Shown here piece after piece: positions 51,755-61,411 of a DNA stretch of 64,000 nucleotides; position 1 is the stretch's first letter; each line of letters opens with the position of its first letter. The notes beneath the pieces were generated by a model. The model did not search any database, was not told the DNA's origin, and saw only the letters and a list, made by a program, of their open reading frames with translations. The DNA comes from Acanthaster planci (lineage: Eukaryota), in assembly GCF_001949145.1 (NCBI RefSeq), contig NW_019091357.1, positions 996,671-1,060,670 on the forward strand, read 5' to 3'. The position numbers and the translations under genes are program-made.

Positions 51755-53575
51755 ATGGACAGTAACAGCTCAGCGTCACACGTTGACTATTACTCCAAAC
51801 ATCCGGTCAAAGACATCCTGATAGCGACCTTTGTGCCCGTCTTTATTGTAAGCCTGATTGGCAATCTGCTGGTCGTCTACGTCATCGTGCGCAATCGCAG
51901 TATGCACACTGTTACCAACTTCTTCCTGTTGAACCTGGCTGTGTCCGACCTCTTGGTGACGCTCTTCTGCATCATTCCCACCCTGCTCTACTTCATCCAG
52001 GTGAACTGGTCGTTGGGAGTGTTCATCTGTAAGGCCCACAAGGCAACCCTCACCGTGACGACCACGGCTTCTATCTTTATGTTGACGGTCATCTCCATGG
52101 AGCGCTACATCGTCATACTGCATCCCTTTCATACCAAGCGGATTCTGACCGTTCAGCGGCTGATTGGTGTGGTGGTCGCCGTGTGGTTGTTAAGCATCGT
52201 CCTCAGTATACCCATGTGCATATCGTACGACGTGCTACCAGGCTACGTGGAAGGTATGTACTGTGGGGCGACCGCCGAATACATAGAGAATGGCGCCAGA
52301 ATCCAGTTTATAGCCATGCTGTTCGTCTGCTACTTGGTGCCATTGGTTATCATGTTGGTGCTATACACAAGAATTGGCTGGGGACTTTGGACACCAAGCC
52401 GAACGGGCGATAACTCTTTGTCTGCTCTGCCAGGCCCGAGTGGCAAGAAGTCAAAAACGTATATGAAAGTGACATACAAAGGGAATAAAGCCGTTTCGAG
52501 CGTGGAAGAGAAAAGCCCCGTGCCCCCAGGAGAGGGGCTGCGAATTCACATTGGTCGTCAGATTTCCCCTCCCCCTGGGGAGAGCACGAGTGCTCATAGT
52601 GACAGTGACGACACACCACGGAAGACACTGCTCCGTAACTGCAGCAGCGAGCCGTCCAGACCGATCAATAGGGGCGACGTCCAGGAGAAAATCGGCCCCT
52701 TTTTCATAGATTACCCGGAGGAGACCGACATCGAGCAGACTGAAACCGTGGAATCGAATAATACTGCGGTTCTGTGGAGGTCCTGCAACGACATACTGCT
52801 GTGCTCAGGTGGCGACAAATCAGCCAGCACGCGGTACGAGGCACGTGGGATCGAAACCGAAAAGACTGGCATCGATTCCAACGGAATCGGATCCCACCAG
52901 GCAATGTCAAAATCGGAGAATGAGCTTAACTCACACCAAATTACAGACGAAGGGAATCAGAGCGCCCCCAGCGGCGATGGCAGAGGAATTGCAGACACCG
53001 ACAAAGAAAATTCTCAGTATCTTAATCCTGGTAGGACTTACGGTGGCTTCAAGTCGCGCCTGGGTAGCAAATCCGAGGGGGACAAGAGGCCAGCCAACAG
53101 GAAATATGAGCCTGCCGCTGCCAGCGGGCAAGCCTCACCTGCCTATGGCCGAGCAAATCCCCACGCTCTCTCCCGCCAGTGTATGAAGAAGACGCCCAGC
53201 AAACGTAAGCGGAACGCTGAGGCGGTCATGCACGCCCGTCGGAAGGTCATCCGCCTGTTGGTTGTCATGGTTGTCTGCTTTGCGGTTTGCCTCTTCCCGC
53301 TCCAGCTCATTTCCGTCTGGAGTCTGTTTGCTATCTTTAGTGACCAGTCGGAAGGGGGCGCCCTGGTCACCGCCTTCACCTACCTGGCCTATTTCTCCAA
53401 CAGCGCCATCAACCCCTTCCTCTACGCCTTCCTCTCGGACAATTTCCGCTCCAAGATGCGGGAGACGCTCCTCTGCATATCCAGCCGCACCCGTCGACAA
53501 GTCAGCCTGAGGCAGATGAGACTGAAGAGCGTCACCTCGGACGCTTTCACCGAATCGGAACTCATGCCCAGCTGA
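51755..53575 (+). CDS. Class A (rhodopsin-like) neuropeptide GPCR, trissin receptor-like; single coding exon, 606 aa
   Basis: Part of ORF 51686..53575; first ATG at 51755 in good context (gccaacATGg). Seven hydrophobic segments with class A motifs: GN (TM1), TNFFLLNLAVSD (TM2), WSLGVFICK (ECL1/TM3), ISMERY, VWLLS (TM4), YLVP (TM5), FAVCLFP (TM6), NSAINPFLY (TM7), FRSKMRETL (helix 8). N-glycosylation sequon NSS near the N-terminus. TASIFMLTVISMERY..ILHP..TKRILT..RL, ARRKVIRLL and the long ICL3 recall trissin receptors (subfamily confidence ~0.6). Confidence 0.95.
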   Translation: MDSNSSASHVDYYSKHPVKDILIATFVPVFIVSLIGNLLVVYVIVRNRSMHTVTNFFLLNLAVSDLLVTLFCIIPTLLYFIQVNWSLGVFICKAHKATLTVTTTASIFMLTVISMERYIVILHPFHTKRILTVQRLIGVVVAVWLLSIVLSIPMCISYDVLPGYVEGMYCGATAEYIENGARIQFIAMLFVCYLVPLVIMLVLYTRIGWGLWTPSRTGDNSLSALPGPSGKKSKTYMKVTYKGNKAVSSVEEKSPVPPGEGLRIHIGRQISPPPGESTSAHSDSDDTPRKTLLRNCSSEPSRPINRGDVQEKIGPFFIDYPEETDIEQTETVESNNTAVLWRSCNDILLCSGGDKSASTRYEARGIETEKTGIDSNGIGSHQAMSKSENELNSHQITDEGNQSAPSGDGRGIADTDKENSQYLNPGRTYGGFKSRLGSKSEGDKRPANRKYEPAAASGQASPAYGRANPHALSRQCMKKTPSKRKRNAEAVMHARRKVIRLLVVMVVCFAVCLFPLQLISVWSLFAIFSDQSEGGALVTAFTYLAYFSNSAINPFLYAFLSDNFRSKMRETLLCISSRTRRQVSLRQMRLKSVTSDAFTESELMPS

Positions 53576-53588
53576 CTATTATCGAAAT

Positions 53589-53594
53589 AATAAA
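53589..53594 (+). other. Candidate polyadenylation signal of the GPCR gene
   Basis: AATAAA 14 nt after the stop codon. Further AATAAA hexamers occur at 54660 and ~54928, so the site used cannot be determined. Confidence 0.3.
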
Positions 53595-56500
53595 TGAGCA
53601 CTAGTGGGCGGACAGAACATCTTAATGGCCTGTTACCTACATCAGTGTCAACCTGACTAAATCCTCCCTGACATGCTCTCCAGGCAAACCTTTCAGTACA
53701 GCACGGATAAAGACAGTTACTGAGGCAAAACGTGTCACGGACACTGATTGTTTTTTCAGCTTTGGAGCAAGTCGAGAGGATCTTGAAGTGCAGACATCTG
53801 CTGCTGGCATTGCCGTCAGCCTTGAAAAAAGACTTTCGAACTTGCCACTGCTTTATTGACTAAAATTCCTAATCGCTCTGTTAACAGACAGCCCTGGCGT
53901 CAGGCCTAACTCATGAGAGATACAACAGGCATTGACACTGGCCTGATTAGGAGAAGCAGCGACCGCCGCGCGGTGGGCCGCCTGTGCAACGATACATGTA
54001 GGCAAAGTCATGTGTCGTAGTACGATTTCAGGCGACACTAATCTTCGTCTGCCTTTGCTCTGCCAGTTTTGCGGAACTACACGCATTTTACAGTTCTTGT
54101 GAATAAGAAGAACGCCCTCTTTCTGTGAGGTACAGACATTTTGGAGTGGATAGCCCTAGATACCTAACCGGGTAGTAACCATGCTGAACGTGACGCGTTC
54201 GAATTAAAATGTAAATGTATCAAATTGCCATTCTCGAGGAATGAAGGACACAATCGAAGTCTTGCCTGCTTGATTCCGAGCATGGATGGATGGGTCTCTC
54301 TTCGAGCCTGCCGAGAGAATCAAGATGTTGATTACTTCATTTAAAACACTCATCCGTTGAGGAAGCTAAGACTGTTATGAAGACCACATGGTATTTAGAG
54401 GCTGAACGCTTTGAGACCTAAGATAAAGTCCAAAAAGGCACAAGATTTCCAGACTTTTTTATGCCATAAAACTGCAGCTTCTGTGTATGTGCTCTAAACC
54501 CTAAAGCAGGGATGTCGATGAAAACCACTTAATGAAAAGGACACTACTTATCTTTTTCACAAACGATTTCCTTGAGTCATAAGCAAAGCGTTGTAATTAG
54601 ACATGTACCTATAGCTAAAGGTAGTACCCCAAGTCATTGCACTTTTAATTATATCGGGAAATAAAATGATGCTCGGTAAGTGTTTTTTCCTGAAGTTTTC
54701 TCCTTTGTGTCAACATTGCTAAGCTCCCATTTCAAAGCATTGAATAGTGTAGTGAAAGCTTGGCTTGTTTAATGCAAATATTATGGAATTTTAAATATTA
54801 TGGTATTCTAAAAGCTGCCTGTCTTGTCCTTCCCGAAGAGAGAGAACTATTCCCAAGGAGACGGAATACAATGGCAGGAATTGGAGTTGATATTCGTTGT
54901 GTTTTGCTGCCAACGAAACTCAGACTAGAATAAAAAACAAACATCAGTAAAATGTGGATCACGGAATTGCTTTTGTCAAAATCATTACACTCTGGCAATC
55001 CTTACACCGGTTTTGGGGTTTTTTTTGTCCCTGAATCTTTTTTTTCAGATTAGATATTGAAGATATAAAATGCCCTTGAAAAAGTCGTACTTCATACTTT
55101 AAAGAATGAATCATTTCCTAGGGGTGGTAAATGCCGTCCAGGAAAGACATTGATTGACAAAATGTTGTCCTGGCTTCACAAAGATCGCTAGCTGAAAGAC
55201 AACGCGGCTAACTTTATTCATGTTCAACTTCACTTCCTTCCATTTTGTCTTTGTCTCTTGCCGTTTGTAATGTTGCTCCAAATTATTATCGCTGAGTTTT
55301 GTGATGGGAATAAAGCTTATTTTGTCAATGGAAAACCGTAATCGTTCCAAACAAGTTGCATCATTCGGCCTGTAACGTGTCTGCGACGTTCTGAATATCT
55401 GAAGTGTGCGTTGCTGCTTTCAAAACACGCATGTGCGCAGCGATCGTATGCGTTCAACTCATGTGCAAAGGAATAATCAGTGATGGTGGCATTAGAAAAA
55501 CACCCTTACTTAGTCTCAGGCTCGCTGTCCAGGTCAGAACATCTTGACCTTCGGCCTTTCTTAAGGAGCTTTGTCATGATAATACTTCCATGGAATTCCC
55601 ACGAACATTATACATCAAATGGTTGATTTGATTTTGTCATTTTTCTCACGATGCAGGGACATTTATTGAACGGTTTTCCCTACGTGTTTGTAACATACAA
55701 TTACCGGCTCACAGCAGTGGACAACACAGCGGCTTTCTTGAGCGACAAAAATCCCCAGCAGCCAATTATTTCCATGGTTGCATAAAGAAGGTCCCCTGAT
55801 TTCCAAAAAGGCCTCATAGTCAAGCGCAGTGCTCTGATCTGACGCATCCGTGAACTGGAACGTGCTTTCATATCATGAGGGCAAGGGACCTCGGTACTGT
55901 ATCTCTGACTAATGCCTTTTCCCAAGGCTAAGTTGAAATCACACGGTATTCGGATGGCAAGTCCAGCATTGGTCGTGTCGTGTTGCGTGTCATGCGCGTT
56001 ACTTACAGCAAAAGTTCGAATGGCTGGAAAATCTGTTGAACCTAGCAATCGAGACGCCACTTTTTACGGTGAATGTTCTGTGGGCTTTAAGTTTTCTTTT
56101 GGCGGACTAAACTAAAGTTTTGATATCCAGCGATGTCATTGGAGTACTACGCATGTCGTCATGGACTCCAAACGTCTTTGGTACATTCTGTGGACTGTAC
56201 TCTGGATCATCGAGCATCGGGAGTGCCACAGCATTCCAACAAGTAAGCTCACTTAGTTTTACAAGCTGAATTGTGTTCATGGTTAATTTACATACATTTA
56301 CGTAGCCACATAAGCCTGAATTAATTACGCTACTCTTTAAGCTACGAACTTTATCCCAACTTCGCCCAAATGATGTTACAACAAAATAGGTATACTGAAA
56401 ACAAATTTTCAAACTTTCCAAATGTGTGATTTCATTGAGCTGTTGGTTCTCAAGGTGGCGTTCTGATCTCTTCTTGTTGCTTTAAATGTGGTAATGAACC

Positions 56501-59500
56501 CTCATCTGTGGGTTTCTTGGGTGTGACCTGAAATCAGGAGGAAAAAAATTAATATAATCGAACTGAGGTTCTCTTTGTCCCGTATTGCACAGACATTAAC
56601 TCCATCTCCTTTCGGATCAGTGGCCACATTTCAGGATATTCTTGTAAATCGTCGAGATTATCTGCATACAGAACGAAAAACAGGTGCCATACTTAACTTC
56701 AATAGTTGCCTTTCAGTGCAATCATTTTGGGGGGGGTGTACCGGATTACCCTCTTTCTGACGAGTGTTATCGTCAAGTTTGCCTGTCCCGATCCCCCGCC
56801 TTAACTACAAACTCTGCCGCAGCAGATAGCTGCTCAATGTCCACTGCCTGTCTTGCCCGCCGGAGGGAGAGAAGTGTCTCGACTTGCGGGTCAGCTAGGG
56901 GTCAATGATGCGAGTGTAATTTATATTTCCGTGTAGCGCTCGGTAAACAAGAGGCACTAAAGATGATGATGATAGGCTTTACCTTTCTGATGGTTTAGTC
57001 AAAGACAGATGTCGTCCTTAAAACGCTTTGGAACAGAGCACCCCTCTAGGGCACAGGTGTGTTAATTGATGTGCAAGGATCTCTTCACTTTGTCCTTTGA
57101 GTGGCATTTGTTTATGCTGTAGCTCCCTGTAACTCGTCCTTTTCATGTAAATTGGTCTGTACATGATGGCCACCCGAGGACATCAGCTGCCAATCGAGGA
57201 CATCTTGATTGCCTTCCAATAATCGTGGGGCGTCCTCGTTTGTAAAAATACACTCTATGCGCTCTCACAGTTTTTTGTATCGTGGTCTTTGCGGAGACCT
57301 GACACAAGGATATACATCCTTGCTTGCTTTGACATCCACCTTCTTGACATAGTGGGCGTAGTAGCAAATCTCCCAAGGGTTTTCTGAACTTGAGAAAAAT
57401 TAGAGCCACATTAGTCCAAATTACGACAGCGTGGGCGGACGCACACCAATGATTGCACCAACAGAGCGTGGTTGTCGCGTCTTTCTTGTTAACACTCTTT
57501 TTGTACGAAAATGTCACAGCTAGAGAAACTCAACCTCGCTTTGATGCTCTGTGTGGCAAACTAGCAATTCCAAAACTGCTTTAACATTGTCAAGAAAGAG
57601 CATGAATTCCAGAGGGACTAGGTGTGTCATTACATTTCGACTGACTGAAACAAATTCACTTGCTATTGACAAGTAATTGAGGCAAGGGGGTGTTTTTTTG
57701 CTGTCGAAAGGTCTGGCTGTTCAAATTGCACGGTTTCCTCCCTTTGATGTGCACAGACGTGGCTATCAGGAACGCACACTGCTGCTTAAAATATATGATT
57801 TCCCAAGCGATCTTTCTGATTTTGTTCCCCATGGGAAAAAAATCTTGCCAGAACAAATGGGGCCCACCTTTGTCACTTTCCCCCTGGTTGATGGTTACTC
57901 TGTCTCAGAAAGTGCTCTGTAGTTTGGAAATCCCGCGAAAGAAGTCCCTCTTATAGCCACGCCACGTTAACATTGCTCGTTGTCCGCTTATCACGTAGTT
58001 ACTTTTGTCGAACCTTTGCCAACAGCCCATCCCAGGGGATTATATGGATGGAAAGAACTCCAAAAAGGATGACGTAACATATTTTGCGTCATAATAATCT
58101 CATGGAAATGTATCCGAAGGTTTAATTTTTGGATATGATCTGGCACAGATTTACGAGATTGAAGAAGGGAATAAAAAAAAAGTAAAGATGCTCAAATTTG
58201 TTCGACTATAAAAAGTCTCGACCTTAATTTTTTGTGCAAAGAATTATGCGAAGCTTAATTACCGTTTCAAAAATTACCATGCATGATTACGGTTTAATCT
58301 GCTTAGAGAAGACGCCTACCGTAAGCCGTACAGTCGTACCTTCATCTGTAGTTTGACTTTGAACGATAAAGGTAAGAAGTATTGACTTCTTTATCTTGAT
58401 CAACCCCCCCCCCGCGCAGTGTGTTTTCTTCCTTTCAGTTGCTTGCAATAATTAAAAATCGACGAACTCACCCACATTGCGACAATCCAAGGCACCGATT
58501 GCCACGGTCTATTTCCTGCGGATTTTTGCCAACGTGAGGCCCTAAATCTCAACGGAAAGAACCAGTGATCGCCATTTGGAATACCAATTCAATTCGTTAT
58601 GACAGTCATGCATGATATGTGTTTTGATATCCGTTCAAATTTTACCGAAGTGTCTCGGTCTGTACTGTTCCACATAAAGCAGTTTTGAATTTACACTCCT
58701 CTGCTGTTCACAGGTGGCGAATGGTTCAGGTTTGTCGTCCTTGAGAGTAATATCCTCTAAACATTTTTTTAATTATTTTTTGTTCTTAAGTAGTGAAGTT
58801 TTTAAAGAGACAGTGACGACTGTTTGAAGTGTATACACGTTTATTAAATTAAGTTTAAAGATCAGTGTGGAACTTCGGGGTCCGTTGAAAAAGATTTGTA
58901 GGCACACGTGAGAGGGAGAACACGTGTGCAGGGTCTTAGTGACAAGAATTGAGTCATGCTTTCCGGTTGTTCGGTCATTTTTCCCTCTACTGTGGAAAAA
59001 AACCGATCTCATTATAATTTGGGCTTGACCTTGGACTTGCTGGGATGGGTGACTCGGCCCGATGCCGGCAGGTTGACAGAAAGGAACCCTGTAGTCGAGA
59101 GGGGGTCTCGGAATAAGTGCTAAACAGGTGGATTTGTCAAGAGAACATGAAAGTGATTTCTGAGTCAAAAGAGGAGTGTTTCACACAAGCTTTGTCTTGT
59201 GACGCATTTGTTTGGCTTCGGGGTTTCCTCTACAGTCGACAAAGAGTGACCAAATATTTCTACAACTGTTAGCTCGAATAAACTAGAAAACGATGAAATC
59301 TTCTGCCTTTCGATTTTTCGGGGCATGTTCATGACTCCGTCCAATCAGTAACCCCAGCAGCCAAAAGTTAAATTAAAATATGTCCATGTTGAATTTTCTG
59401 TAGTGTTTCAAGATAAACCTTAACAGGAAATGTTCTGTGGAGTTTCCAACACTTGGTGTAAATGATGGAAGAAAGTTAACAAGTCTTCGAGCCTCGTTAG

Positions 59501-61142
59501 TGTGTCAACTTCAAACAAGACAAACAAGAATGTTTTATGCATGGATAATTTAGGGAATTCAAGTTAAGTGGTCTCGTGATCATGATCATGTGTTGTTCAT
59601 ATCGTCTTTTAGACGAAACTTTGCATATTCCTACTGGTCGGGTCTACCTTCTTCATGTGCTGGCTACAGCGGAAGGCGGTCCTAATCGCTACCATGAATC
59701 ACAGGAAATGGAACTAAACTTCACTAAACTTGTCAAGTCCTCGTCTTACCCAGAAATTTGCCTGATAGTCAGTCCCCAGGAGATGTGATCAGTATCAGAA
59801 GGGGCTATTCCCTACTTGATAGAATCTTGGAACAAAAATAGCCATGCCGTCGCATTTCTAAGTTTCATTTAAAATCCGTTGCTTGTGTGTTGGTTTAGTT
59901 TAAGCAAGCTGTGCAGAACATCCTTCATTCGGGATATTTATTACACGTGTCACCCGATTGGACCTATTTCAGTTTGAGGTAGTATGTTTGACAAAGGGGA
60001 AGATTACATTCAGGTGTCATTTTCATGCACAATGGGTCTTATGAAATAGTGGTTACTTGACCGGGTTTCCGGTGTGCCCTGTAGTTTTAGTGGATTTACT
60101 TCAAGGGATGAAGGTTGGATGGTTAGCTGGGTTTGCCAGCGTGTCTAACGAGCCATTAGCAACTATGTCCCACTGGAGAAAAATTTTTGAGTGAACCTCA
60201 GGATTTCTGATGGCGTCAGATGGAAGTTAGATTAATTGAACGCTCGAAAGACATTCAAGGTTCTTTCACATTCTGTCTAAGGAAATCTGACTTCTGGCAC
60301 TTGTTGCCCTTTAATCAGTAAAGACTAACTTTGGTCTTTAGATTTTATACCACTCAAAAGAATGCTTAGAGGAAGTGGTTGGGAATAACCCCACAAGTTC
60401 GAAGAATTTGTAATCCCAGCGTAGATCTAACCCTATTCTTAATTCTGATATCTCATGGCCCTGTTTCCCAGGCCCCAGCTTTCATTAAAAACTACATCCA
60501 CCTCTAAAGTTTAGCTGCAGGTGACCGTAATATAACTTACATAACACAAAATGCCCTTTCATGCAGTTTTATGACTGTGCGAGATACTTTTTCAGTGAAA
60601 AACAGTGGGACTGGTTTGATTAACTATTTGGTGCCCTGGAATAAATCAACTTTATCACTCAGTTCCGATTGACTTGACATCGATGATAGAGCTGTAAGCA
60701 GGGTTGAAAATGTGCTAATGATACGAAATATTACAGCACTAATTCTTTCCGATGGTCCAGCACCCTTCCAGTGAAGCTTCGTTTTGGGGTCACGTGCACC
60801 AATCAACTTTAATTGGAGTTTACAGAGCAGCCGATAAAAGTGGAAGTTGAAGAGAGGGTAGCGTCCGGTTTCTTCGTCCCACGAGACGCTGCAGGAATTA
60901 CTGAGACAGGCCAAAGCTTACATCAGTTGTGTGCGTGGCACGAAGAAAATCTACAATGATAGAAGACTATGGAAAAGATTGCGGAGTTGCATGTGCATCA
61001 AAAACAGAAGGAGGAAAAAACAGTATTTTGTATGATCAAGATGTAGCATTTGGTGTGCACGACCCAAGGAAAATGATTTTTTTTAATAGTTTAAAGGTTT
61101 CTCTAATTCACAACGCCTACCCCCTTCCTCGACGTTTTTCAG

Positions 61143-61186
61143 TATTGATAATTTCAGGTTTGACACAGATCGATACTTGAACGCAG
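61143..61186 (+). CDS. Candidate small upstream exon of the MAM gene (IDNFRFDTDRYLNA)
   Basis: Acceptor gacgtttttcAG (61141-61142), with an alternative in-frame AG at 61156-61157. Strong donor CAG|GTGAGT at 61187; phase 1 matches the next exon. Confidence 0.55.
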
Positions 61187-61294
61187 GTGAGTCAATCTAA
61201 TCAACGGGTTTCCACGCCCGACCTTATAGAAAATCTATTCAAAATCCTAGACAAAGAACGAGTTATAGAGAGCTCATCCATTCTCTCTCTGCAG

Positions 61295-61411
61295 AGACTG
61301 TACCTTGCAAGTTTGAGGACAACTTCTGTGGCTACAAGCAGGACCCAACCGATGATTTTGATTGGTCGATGGCCAGCCAGGGTGTTTGGGAAACTCTGCA
61401 ATATAAACCAA
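61295..61411 (+). CDS. MAM gene exon: N-terminal part of the MAM domain
   Basis: ttctctctctgcAG|...|GTatgt; encodes TVPCKFEDNFCGYKQDPTDDFDWSMASQGVWETLQYKP. Confidence 0.9.

Noticed and set aside
51776..53510. Overlapping alternative-frame and antisense ORFs within the GPCR
   Set aside because: Expected shadows of a GC3-rich coding sequence.
58300..61000. Possible further upstream exons or signal peptide of the MAM gene (donor at 58371, acceptor at ~59611, open frame near 60825-60958)
   Set aside because: I could not build a phase-consistent chain with good splice sites.
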